64,000 nucleotides of DNA from Candidatus Thorarchaeota archaeon (GTDB lineage Archaea > Asgardarchaeota > Thorarchaeia > Thorarchaeales > Thorarchaeaceae). The notes beneath the pieces were generated by a model. The model was not told where the DNA came from. It saw only the letters and a list, made by a program, of their open reading frames with translations, and searched no databases. The stretch spans positions 36,914 to 100,913 of the forward strand of contig SDNP01000006.1 in the NCBI GenBank assembly GCA_004524445.1. Direction: 5' to 3'. The position numbers were made by a program, and so were the translations under genes. Below are positions 47,834-56,962 of this stretch, piece after piece (the stretch's first letter is position 1; each line of letters opens with the position of its first letter).

Positions 47834-48949
47834 TTGAGCTCAAAATCCGGTATAATTACGTCCTTGGTTATTATTGTTATTGTCTTTGGAGCAGTGGGTG
47901 GCATTCTATTGACCACTAATCAATACGAGCCACCAAGCATCGCAGTTGTGACCCTAGAACCTGGATTTGGTGATTTGAACAGAGATGATAATGCCCGGCA
48001 AGGAATGGACAACATAGCTGTGAACTATTCAGTGCAGTACTACATTCCCGAGGAATTACCATCTACGGCTGCTGAAGCAGAAACGCTAATGGAAGAATTG
48101 GCTGAAAGTGGAAACTACCTGCTAATTTTGGCAATTGGTTCTGATTTGGAATCTGCCGTAGAGTCGGTTGCAGCACAATACCCTGAACAGCAATTTGCGA
48201 TATTGGGTGCTGCAGTCAATGCGGACAATGTAGCATCAGCAACTTTTGCTACCGAACAAGCTGCTTTTCTAGGTGGTGTGTTAGCAGCATTCTTAGCCCA
48301 TGAACAACCGTATTTTGGAAGCACAAATTTCACGGGAGAGATAGGAATTCTGTCAGGTGTTGTAGGCGATCCGGTTACTGATGATTTAATCGCTGGATTC
48401 ATACAGGGTGTCGAAGCAGCAAACGAAACCTACGATCTCAATGTAGGAATTACACAAACGCTCTATGTTGGCTCATGGAACGATACTACTACTGCAGAAG
48501 TTCGTACCTATACAATGTTCGTTCAGAATAATGTTTCCTTGATTTTCGCGCCTGTACGGGCTAGTATGCCTGGTGTAAGAGCTGCGATGTTTCGTGCACA
48601 AGCTGCATTTCCAATTCAGCAGAGAAATGCCGGCAGGTTACCGCTGGTTATTGCGTCTGGAGCGAATCTTGATTACTACGGTACCGCAGACCCAGAAACT
48701 CCCACAGACCCCTCCTATATCGCGACTAGCGTAGTACCACACTTCGATTGGGCAGTGTATGATATTGTGGATGCCACTCTTTGGGATAGATTTCCTGGCG
48801 GTCAGGTCTTTCAATACAACCTTGCTAACGGTGGAGCAAACATTACCGCTTTCACATATAGCAGCACATACATTAGTGATGAATCCACGGAAGCAATCAG
48901 TGATTATATTGACCTTATCGTGGAAGGCACAATAGAAGTTACTCCATAG
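47834..48949 (+). CDS. BMP-family ABC substrate-binding protein
   Basis: GFGD...ARQG, FATEQAAFLGGVLAA and GFIQG motifs. Confidence 0.85.
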   Translation: MSSKSGIITSLVIIVIVFGAVGGILLTTNQYEPPSIAVVTLEPGFGDLNRDDNARQGMDNIAVNYSVQYYIPEELPSTAAEAETLMEELAESGNYLLILAIGSDLESAVESVAAQYPEQQFAILGAAVNADNVASATFATEQAAFLGGVLAAFLAHEQPYFGSTNFTGEIGILSGVVGDPVTDDLIAGFIQGVEAANETYDLNVGITQTLYVGSWNDTTTAEVRTYTMFVQNNVSLIFAPVRASMPGVRAAMFRAQAAFPIQQRNAGRLPLVIASGANLDYYGTADPETPTDPSYIATSVVPHFDWAVYDIVDATLWDRFPGGQVFQYNLANGGANITAFTYSSTYISDESTEAISDYIDLIVEGTIEVTP

Positions 48950-49011
48950 GTCATTATGGAAAATTGGGGGGAAGCTCCTCTCCCCCTCTATTACTTTTTG
49001 GATTGATTTAC

Positions 49012-49617
49012 ATGCTTGAAGATGTTATTGTTGAATTTATTCTGAAGTCGGAAACTCTGAAACGAATTCATCGGTCAGGATGGCAGATTGCTGGTGTGCA
49101 TGTGGCTGACTATGAATCAGTTGCAGCCCACTCATGGGGGTCATCATTGATTGCACTCCTTATCTCAAAGCACATCGCTAGACTTGGGGGTGAAATCAAC
49201 ACTGACTGCGTGCTTATGATGTCACTCTTGCATGACATATCAGAGGCTGAACTTTCTGACATTCCAAAGCGAGCAACAGACCTAGGCGGAGCAGAAATGA
49301 AGGCCGGAAAGATGAAAGCCGAATCCGAGGCGTTTAGGGAGCTTCTTGAGCCTTTAAGGAGCTTGTTATCTATTAAGCACGATCAAATGGGTGAAGGAAC
49401 ATCCCTTGAAGAAAAAGTAGTTCGTGCAGCTGACCTTCTTGACATGTTGTTTCATGTCATAGCACTTGAGCGAGCAGGCGCTGACCCAAATTTGCTTGAT
49501 GAGTTCTTTGTCAACTCTGAACAATTGATCAGCGAATTGGGGATAGAGCTTGCCAACTCTCTTTTCGTGAGGTTAGAAGAAATGCATAACCAAAACATCA
49601 AGCGACAATCAGAATAA
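49012..49617 (+). CDS. HD-domain 5'-deoxynucleotidase (YfbR/HDDC2-like)
   Basis: LKRIHRSGW, ESVAAHS, LHDISEAELSDI and AADLLD motifs. Confidence 0.88.
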   Translation: MLEDVIVEFILKSETLKRIHRSGWQIAGVHVADYESVAAHSWGSSLIALLISKHIARLGGEINTDCVLMMSLLHDISEAELSDIPKRATDLGGAEMKAGKMKAESEAFRELLEPLRSLLSIKHDQMGEGTSLEEKVVRAADLLDMLFHVIALERAGADPNLLDEFFVNSEQLISELGIELANSLFVRLEEMHNQNIKRQSE

Positions 49618-49633
49618 GAATGGAACCCTCGTG

Positions 49634-50245
49634 TCATTTCCTATATTCTCTAAATGTTGAAGATAGTAGCCGTGCAACTCGGATGGGCTCGGGCACTTTT
49701 CCGTCCAATGTAAAAAGATTGAGTAAATCTTTGGCGCTTCTTGTACTCATACCAGCTGTCAAGACGTAGACATCAAAACCGCTTTCTAGTGCAATTTTAG
49801 TTCTCTCGCCCATGCTTTTCAAGAGGTCTATCCTTTCTTGATGGTCATCTGGGAAGTATTCTCTGATGTACTTGTCAATTCCTTCTGAATCCTCATAGGA
49901 AATACATGCCACTGGAACACCGGTTTCAGCGTAGAGTAGATTTACATCAATTATATTGAACCACGAAACCACACTTCCTCCTAGCATCCATGCACGAACA
50001 TCATCACGAGAGATCCGATTGAACATTTTCAGTAGTTCTCGAGAGGCATCTCTGCCTCCTACAGTGGGCAAACAGAATCCGAAGCCATCTATCCGCAAAT
50101 CACCTCTCATTATTACTCCACTAACATGGCTTTTTGTGTCATCTTTTTCAAAGCTCTCTGCCACTCCGAGTACTCTAACACCTCTCTTCCACTGAAGATT
50201 ATCATCGCTCTCCTCCGCATTTCCGAGATCTATGTGTTCATTCAT
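49634..50245 (-). CDS. DUF99 family protein (endonuclease V-like fold)
   Basis: RVLGVAES, SWFNIID and VPEPIRVARL motifs. Confidence 0.85.
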   Translation of the reverse strand: MNEHIDLGNAEESDDNLQWKRGVRVLGVAESFEKDDTKSHVSGVIMRGDLRIDGFGFCLPTVGGRDASRELLKMFNRISRDDVRAWMLGGSVVSWFNIIDVNLLYAETGVPVACISYEDSEGIDKYIREYFPDDHQERIDLLKSMGERTKIALESGFDVYVLTAGMSTRSAKDLLNLFTLDGKVPEPIRVARLLSSTFREYRK

Positions 50246-50287
50246 TCCTGCTCATCCGAATATCTACGCAAACTGCAAATTAAGCGT

Positions 50288-50482
50288 TGAGCCATGGGGC
50301 TAATCAGATTCTTGAATGCCTGGAGAATCATAGGATAACGTTCACTGTAAGTTGGATAATCTTGGACAGAGGAGCCTTATGCTGCCAGAAACTGCACTGG
50401 GCTGAACTCCTTGAGGTCGTGGGATAACCTCGGATGAGAGTTCAGAAGCAGAGTTTCTAAATGCCACATTAAAGCCCCCTCA
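50288..50482. ncRNA. Candidate structured RNA or leader, strand uncertain
   Basis: Closing helix GGGGCT/AGCCCC and a long nested hairpin AGAAACT..CTGAACTC..GAGGT/ACCTC..GAGTTCAG..AGTTTCT. Confidence 0.4.
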
Positions 50483-50665
50483 TTGTCTAGACTGTCATCT
50501 CATATATGTCCGGGTTTGTCCACGTTTGCTGTAGCTGTTGGTATACCCTCTGCGTGTATAGCTCGGATAGTACCAATTGTTTTCTTTAACCCTGCAGTGA
50601 AGCTTTATTAATGCGCAACTTATTCCCAGCAATACGGACGGCTCCGATTCAAGAGAGTGGTGTCT

Positions 50666-51049
50666 ATGTTTGACCCAAATTTCGATGAACTTCAGGGTAA
50701 ACTGAGGGAGATAATGGAAGAAGCGACCTCCCTAGCCGCTGGAGTTAGAGCATGGTTACTACTTTCAAAAGAAGGACTTCCAATTGCCTCTGCTGTTCCC
50801 CATGGTCTCGAAGAAGCAGAGATTGCTGCAATGTCTGCTTCTATTCTAGGAGTTGCAGACCTGGCTGCTGAAAGATTGGACCAAGGGACTCTAGAAGAAG
50901 TTCTCATTACAAATGAACAAGGTCTTATTATCCTTAGAGGAGCTGGAGAAAAAGCTATTCTGGTTTTGGCTGCTAGAAAAGATATGAAGACCGGGCTGCT
51001 AGTCTATGCAGCGAAGACTGCCAGTGAGAAAATAGCTCCTATGCTGTAA
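50666..51049 (+). CDS. Roadblock/LC7 (MglB-like) protein
   Basis: LLSKEGLPIASA...IAAMSASIL...ERLDQGTLEEVLI...GLL. Confidence 0.92.
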   Translation: MFDPNFDELQGKLREIMEEATSLAAGVRAWLLLSKEGLPIASAVPHGLEEAEIAAMSASILGVADLAAERLDQGTLEEVLITNEQGLIILRGAGEKAILVLAARKDMKTGLLVYAAKTASEKIAPML

Positions 51050-53044
51050 CTATATCAGTCCAATTAGCCAGAATACAGATTGAAGCATGATTTTTGAATT
51101 TTGGTCCGAATGATAGTAACCATTAAGGGCATAATTGTCCAGAAAGAAATTACTTCCTGATACTATTATTCTTGAACCTCCACTTTCTCCTGCGGCGAGA
51201 ATCGGACGAACTATTTCTTGGACATTTCCATTTTCATCAACCTCTCTCACCGTAGCCCATGCAAGAGCAATAGCGGTGCCTGACATGCTGATTGAGCATC
51301 CGTTATAATCGAATGATTCTACTCTTTCCGTAACTGGATGGTTCTGAATATCTGTGATTTCTTTCGTTGATGGGATACCATTAGTGAAGAATGTGACGCC
51401 AGGAATTTGATCATAGTTTAGACCGAAGTTAAACACTGAATACAACTCATTCGCTCCTTCGATGTCGAAGCTCTGATTATATCCTGCCACAAGCATGATG
51501 CTCCCACCTTGAGACCAGTATTCACGATATGCTTCAATCTCAAAATCGGTGTATCTGATTGAATCAACTGGCTTCAAAACATGATTACTTTCTTGAAATT
51601 GCCAAGAACAAGGATCCAATACAAATATAGCATCATACTGATTCAGATTTGCTAGTGCTATAGAGTCGCCTATTCTGATTTCTTCAACAGCTATTCCAAT
51701 GCTAGTTACCTTCTCATAGAAGGTCCTAAATTGCCCAAAAATGGAGTCGATCATCCATGAAGAATGTGACGTGTCGAAGGCAACTCTTGCGAAGGGTACT
51801 GAAACATCAAATCGGATATTCGATCGAATTTGCATATATCCTTGCGAATCCAGAATCATCCGACCAGTAACCCCCTCAATTTTTTCTCCTGCGACCACTT
51901 CCACATCAAGTTCAATCTCGCCTGCCTGATCTATGTGGAATAGGCTGGGAATATCTACCCATGGCTTGACGTCTCCTTGGATAGAAAGCGCGAAACTTGT
52001 ATTTGTGCTTGAAAAAAGAGGAATAGTGATTCTTGTGCTTGTATTCACAAACCATCTCTCAAAATTAAAGGGCGAAATTGTTGGAACTGTCCAAGCTATG
52101 AGAGGTAAATTGCCGTCTTTCTGTGATGAGTCAAGAAATCTTAGGGCAGAATCAATGTCAATCACTCCGGCACCAACCTCCCAGTACTCATAAGGGGAAT
52201 ACCGAGCTCCCATCATTAGCGCTGATTTGATCATACCTGTTGTCCAATCCCAATTCTTTTCCCGGCAATACCGTATCATCCTTGCGACTCCCGCGGATAC
52301 TATAGGTGCAGCAAAGCTGGTTCCAAAAAGAGTTGTAGGCCCTGAAGTGTAAAATCCTTTTGCAGAGATGTCGGGTTTAAGCGATCTTCCATAAGAAGGC
52401 CCCCGACCGGAAAATGAGAAAGGTTCGTTGTTCTCATTAAGTGCTGCTACCCCAATAACTTCTGGATAGACTGCAGGTGTCTCGACACTGCTACCCGATA
52501 CTCCATTTAGCCCTCCATTTCCCACAGCTGCTATTATTGAAACCCCTCGATGAAACGCCCGCTGAATAGTTTCGCGGAGATTGCTTGCAACATCAGCAGT
52601 TCCGCCCAAGCTAAGATTGATGATAGTACAATTCTGTTCTATGCTCCATTCAATTGCGGCAATAAGCCCTTGTGTGGTTGCAATATCATCTGGACTTATG
52701 ACTTTGGCATTTATTATGGCTGCATGGGGTGCTTCTTGGGCTATTATGGAAGCTACATGGGTGCCATGGTTTTTTCCATTTGGCCTGCTATCGGTTACTG
52801 ACGGGTCATCAGATGCATAGCCATATGATTCATTGATGAAGCTTTTTTGTGCAACTATTCTTGATGAGAGAATAGAGCTTTCATCCATGCCCGAGTCTAT
52901 TACAGCTACTCTTTCTGTGAGGTCCGTCCCGATGAAAGCTCTAGGAACAACAATGAAAATGAATGCTCCAGAAAGAATCACGATTGTGACTAGCAAGATA
53001 ACCGTACCTCGCTTTCGAATAGGAACTCTGTCTGGATTCTCCAT
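51050..53044 (-). CDS. Membrane-anchored S8 subtilase with Site-1 protease (MBTPS1)-like C-terminal domains
   Basis: Triad VAVIDSG, HGTHVA, GTSFAAP; oxyanion AVGN; C-terminal domain AFDTSH...QFRTFY...QYDAIFVLDP...GGSIML...RIIVSGSNFFLDN. Confidence 0.85.
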   Translation of the reverse strand: MENPDRVPIRKRGTVILLVTIVILSGAFIFIVVPRAFIGTDLTERVAVIDSGMDESSILSSRIVAQKSFINESYGYASDDPSVTDSRPNGKNHGTHVASIIAQEAPHAAIINAKVISPDDIATTQGLIAAIEWSIEQNCTIINLSLGGTADVASNLRETIQRAFHRGVSIIAAVGNGGLNGVSGSSVETPAVYPEVIGVAALNENNEPFSFSGRGPSYGRSLKPDISAKGFYTSGPTTLFGTSFAAPIVSAGVARMIRYCREKNWDWTTGMIKSALMMGARYSPYEYWEVGAGVIDIDSALRFLDSSQKDGNLPLIAWTVPTISPFNFERWFVNTSTRITIPLFSSTNTSFALSIQGDVKPWVDIPSLFHIDQAGEIELDVEVVAGEKIEGVTGRMILDSQGYMQIRSNIRFDVSVPFARVAFDTSHSSWMIDSIFGQFRTFYEKVTSIGIAVEEIRIGDSIALANLNQYDAIFVLDPCSWQFQESNHVLKPVDSIRYTDFEIEAYREYWSQGGSIMLVAGYNQSFDIEGANELYSVFNFGLNYDQIPGVTFFTNGIPSTKEITDIQNHPVTERVESFDYNGCSISMSGTAIALAWATVREVDENGNVQEIVRPILAAGESGGSRIIVSGSNFFLDNYALNGYYHSDQNSKIMLQSVFWLIGLI

Positions 53045-53177
53045 CTCTCAATGCCGCCTAGGCTACCGTTTTCTATGCATGAATATGCATCTTCACATAA
53101 AGCCTATGTTAATCAAGCAAGACATGAATCCAAAATCTTATCTCCTCCTCGAATTACATCTCCGAGAGGCCACCTAA

Positions 53178-53987
53178 TTGGTAATAGATGACCCCGATAT
53201 TCATGAACTCAAGGAATCAGAGTCGATTGGTATTTTCGAGCCAGGTAAGGATATCGAGAGAGAAGTAGATTGGGATCAATTGTTTCGTATTCTGGTCTAT
53301 GTGGGTGCAGGATTTGCTCTGACCATTGCTCTCACTTTCGTGATTCTAATCCCTATGCTTGCAGCAGGACTAGTTACAGTTGACTTGGTCACTATGGACA
53401 TTGTATTTCAGCCTTGGTCCATGCTTGTGCTTACATTCACTGAATTAGGTTTCCTTTTGCCTCCAATTTATTATGCCCGAAAGCGAGGTTTCTCACTACA
53501 TTCTATTGGCATCAAGATTGGACGGCCCGTAAAAGAAGTTCTTCTGGGGTTAGCTTTTGGAGTGGTCATGCTTATCGCGAATCTAATCATCACTTACCTC
53601 ATTGTGACTTATAGTGGCATTCCAATTGAAGATGAAGCGGGCGGTTTTTTCACGCCTAACAGCCCACTAGAAACAATTGCCTGGATTATCGTGATGTTCG
53701 GAGTTGTCGGTTTTAGCGAAGAGGTCCTTTTCCGTGGATTCCTTCAAAAGCGAATGGATTTGTATTTGCGACCAAAGACGAATCACTATAGATTGGCTTC
53801 GTTGGTGGTGACCTCCCTCATATTTTCGTTTGCGCATCTTGAATTTGTGGGATTTGCTGCCAGATTTGTGCTCGGACTATTTCTGGGATACTTGTGCCAA
53901 AGAAGGAATTACTCGATTCTGGGTCCAACCGTTGCTCATGGTTTCAACAATGCAGCTGTAGTTGTATTGGCGAGTTTGGGATTCTAA
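53178..53987 (+). CDS. CPBP (Abi/Rce1-type) intramembrane glutamic endopeptidase
   Basis: EEVLFRG, FSFAH and HGFNN motifs. Confidence 0.92.
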   Translation: MVIDDPDIHELKESESIGIFEPGKDIEREVDWDQLFRILVYVGAGFALTIALTFVILIPMLAAGLVTVDLVTMDIVFQPWSMLVLTFTELGFLLPPIYYARKRGFSLHSIGIKIGRPVKEVLLGLAFGVVMLIANLIITYLIVTYSGIPIEDEAGGFFTPNSPLETIAWIIVMFGVVGFSEEVLFRGFLQKRMDLYLRPKTNHYRLASLVVTSLIFSFAHLEFVGFAARFVLGLFLGYLCQRRNYSILGPTVAHGFNNAAVVVLASLGF

Positions 53988-54028
53988 AAAAGAACAAGGG
54001 GGAACGACATGTTCGCAGAATCGTTCCC
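53986..54028 (-). terminator. Hairpin terminator between convergent genes
   Basis: GGGAACGA/TCGTTCCC stem (54000-54028) followed on the - strand by a T-run. Confidence 0.5.
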
Positions 54029-54046
54029 ATCAATCCCGTGAGAGAT

Positions 54047-54250
54047 TTAACCCTCGTATTCAAAAGCGACTTTGATGTTCGCTCTATATGCTACAATCTT
54101 GTTATCCTTTACCTTCGCTGTGAAATGGTCAACATCTATACCCTTAATTCCTCTCAGGGTCTGTGAGGCTGTTTCAAGGGCCTTTTCAGTCGCATCTTCC
54201 CAGCTTTCAGTGCTTTCGCCTATAAGTTCAATGACTTTTATTACGCTCAA
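54047..54250 (-). CDS. Dodecin family flavin-binding protein
   Basis: KVIELIGESTESWEDA...YRANIKVAF; TTG start assumed. Confidence 0.9.
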   Translation of the reverse strand: MSVIKVIELIGESTESWEDATEKALETASQTLRGIKGIDVDHFTAKVKDNKIVAYRANIKVAFEYEG

Positions 54251-54339
54251 ATTTCGGTCCTCCAATATTTGCATGAATAAGATTCATCCCTGCTTAAATC
54301 CTGTTGCATGATTTTCAAATCAGATTCTGACTCCATGCC

Positions 54340-55497
54340 TTATGCCAAAGTTGTCTTCTTCGTGAAGATGCCCCAAGCAGCAAGGATCATGAAAAGGGAA
54401 ACGCCAAGGATTAAGACGATTTCTCGGGTGAAATCAAAAATTGATATTCCTTTGAATGCAGTATCTATAATCATAATCCTGCCAAGATTGAGCGGATATA
54501 ATTCATCAACAATGCCAACATCGAGGAATCCAGTTCCAACAATCAGAGACCCGAACAGGAGAAATAGAAACGACTGGTTTGCTTGCAGCCGAGTGGTTAC
54601 AATGGTAGATATCAGGACACCAAGGGCGGATCCAGATATGGACATCAATGCCAAGATGACGTTAAGCGTCAGATAATCCGTGTTTGGTTCTACGCCAAAC
54701 AGCGTCATCCACAATATTAGCAGGAATTGGGCCTGAATGACGCCAATGACAAAGTAGCCAAGCACTTTGGCAAGAATTGCCTCTAATTTCGTTGCGGGAG
54801 TTAAAAGCATCCTGTTCAGAGGAATATCTCCCACGATTGCTTGAGCGGCTGTGGCAGACACCGCGATGAACACCGCGAAAACAAGCAAAAAGACCCCGAA
54901 TGTGGATGCAATCCTATTTCCAGTTGGTTGAAATTCGCCAACCCGTTTATAGGCTATCTCTCCTTTAATCCAACCATGGTCAAATCTGAACTGTTCTACA
55001 ACCTCGGAAAATGCCGAGAAGACTGTTGTTTGGCTATCGAAATTCGTACTGCTGATATGTATGCTGACAAAGGCTGGAATGTCACCAGTTATGTTCCCTT
55101 CAAAACCATAGGGAATGACTGCATATGCATCAATTGAATCGCTATAGAGCGCATCGAGGGCTTCCTGCTCGGTTTCATACTCGATGACAATGAAGTCAGG
55201 GCTTTGCTCGAGATACCAAGTGAAGTTTTCTGATAAGTCCTGACCTGGGAATGTATCAGTGGTATCAATATCAACTACCCCAAGCGATAGGGCATTAGCA
55301 CTCGTTTCAGTTGGTTGCCCCATTGCTTGCCCAACATTGCCTTGGTTTATTGCAAAATACATGGTACCCATTATCATGCCGGGCAAAACGAAAACCAATA
55401 GAAGCGCAAACCTATCATTCTGGATAAGTCTGAGTTCCTTGAGAAACATTGAGCGTATTCTCCAGAACTTCGTATTCCCCTTTTCACCGGCTGACAC
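54340..55497 (-). CDS. ABC-2 type permease
   Basis: KELRLIQNDR...LP, IPYGF and RMLLTP motifs. Confidence 0.85.
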   Translation of the reverse strand: MSAGEKGNTKFWRIRSMFLKELRLIQNDRFALLLVFVLPGMIMGTMYFAINQGNVGQAMGQPTETSANALSLGVVDIDTTDTFPGQDLSENFTWYLEQSPDFIVIEYETEQEALDALYSDSIDAYAVIPYGFEGNITGDIPAFVSIHISSTNFDSQTTVFSAFSEVVEQFRFDHGWIKGEIAYKRVGEFQPTGNRIASTFGVFLLVFAVFIAVSATAAQAIVGDIPLNRMLLTPATKLEAILAKVLGYFVIGVIQAQFLLILWMTLFGVEPNTDYLTLNVILALMSISGSALGVLISTIVTTRLQANQSFLFLLFGSLIVGTGFLDVGIVDELYPLNLGRIMIIDTAFKGISIFDFTREIVLILGVSLFMILAAWGIFTKKTTLA

Positions 55498-55624
55498 GGA
55501 AATTCACCAATTGCCTGTTTCCAATGAATGTCTACATCCTTTTATGCATTTTTGGATGACACAATATCAGGAGCAGCATTGTTAAAACATATCATCCTTC
55601 GCATACGTATAGGTCAAGATTTCA

Positions 55625-56011
55625 ATGATGCCATCCGAAAAGCAGTTGGGAAAATTCGCAGTCATTGGCATAATTGTGGCGGGAGCCCTTCTAAACATAG
55701 GTCTCTATTTTATTTTGTTTTTTATTGCTCCTATCTTAGTCGGTGCTGTAGTTGGATATCTCATGCATATTCTACATAGGGCTTTGCTCGGGTCGTTTCT
55801 ATCCGGTCTTCTCGCCTATTTGCCTTTGGAATTATTAACTGCTCCCACATATATTCAATATTTGGTTGATGAGGGAGTCTATTCCGTAAATGAGATTGCA
55901 CAAAATTTGGCAAACATTTACTTTCAACTTATCTCAGCTTCTGTGATTCTTGCCCTTCTTTGTCTGGTGGGTGGATATCTCGGATTGCTCATAAGGCGAA
56001 GAATCTCATGA
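55625..56011 (+). CDS. Small hypothetical membrane protein
   Basis: Gly-rich hydrophobic helices. Confidence 0.7.
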   Translation: MMPSEKQLGKFAVIGIIVAGALLNIGLYFILFFIAPILVGAVVGYLMHILHRALLGSFLSGLLAYLPLELLTAPTYIQYLVDEGVYSVNEIAQNLANIYFQLISASVILALLCLVGGYLGLLIRRRIS

Positions 56012-56305
56012 GGCGCAGCGCTACGTACCAACAATTTTTTTGGGCTTGAAATTTGCACTCGGGCGCACTGTTGCCGCAGGTCATTAACAATCTGGCAGGT
56101 TCACTACTCGGAATCATGCCGATTTCAACCTTCAGTTCGTCAAGTATAGCCCTCCTATCCCGAGTGAAGTTCTTACTCTCGATTGAACTAATTTTGTTCA
56201 ACTTTTTTTCGAATAATGCTCATAATCACTTTTCACCTGCATAGCGAAAGCGATAATTACGGCTTCTGTTATCCTCGAGGTAATATATTGAAATTGGCGA
56301 TGGAG

Positions 56306-56962
56306 ATGCACAGAAAAATAGAAGTCGTATCATTTGATCTGGACGGTGTCCTGTATGACGGACCAAGCGCAGTCTACCCTGTAGCAAAGGAACTTGGGCT
56401 GGAAAAGCAGTTCATTTCGACTCTGAAGAAGGTAACTGAGAAAGAGTTGCCTCTAAATGACTCGATTCGAGAGGGCGCAAAGATTTGGAAGGGAATTCCC
56501 GTGGATGGCACACTGGATCATATTATTGAGGAGATGCCTTTGATGAAGGGCGCTGAGGAAACAGTATCTACCTTGAAAGAATGGGGTTATACTGTTGGCT
56601 GCATCTCAAGCGGCGTTAGCCAGTTCTTTCTAAAGCCGCTGAAACGAAGGCTTGACTTAGACTTTGCCTATTCAAATACACTTGGGGAGATTGATGGTAA
56701 ACATGATGGTTCTGTTGAGTATATAATGGGTCCTCCTCAAAAGGCCCAAGCTGCTCAGAAAGTTCTCTCAGAATATGGCCTCACTAATGAGGTTCTCGCC
56801 AGTATTGGCGACGGAGAGAATGACATTCCACTATTTCATATGAGCGAGTTTAGCATAGCATTCAATCCCGAATCTCCTGCTGTAAGCGACGCTGCGACCC
56901 TAACGATATTATCGAAGGATTTGAGGTCAATACTTCCTCATTTCATTAAGGACGTTCTTTAG
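56306..56962 (+). CDS. HAD-IB phosphoserine phosphatase-like protein (SerB-like)
   Basis: FDLDGVL, ISSG, K and IGDGENDIP motifs. Confidence 0.85.
   Translation: MHRKIEVVSFDLDGVLYDGPSAVYPVAKELGLEKQFISTLKKVTEKELPLNDSIREGAKIWKGIPVDGTLDHIIEEMPLMKGAEETVSTLKEWGYTVGCISSGVSQFFLKPLKRRLDLDFAYSNTLGEIDGKHDGSVEYIMGPPQKAQAAQKVLSEYGLTNEVLASIGDGENDIPLFHMSEFSIAFNPESPAVSDAATLTILSKDLRSILPHFIKDVL

Noticed and set aside
50296-50320. GGGGCTAATCAGATTC resembling a tmRNA 5' end; ACA after the long hairpin suggesting an H/ACA RNA
   Set aside because: No T-arm or CCA end; the ACA is not adjacent to the lower stem and no clear K-turn is present.
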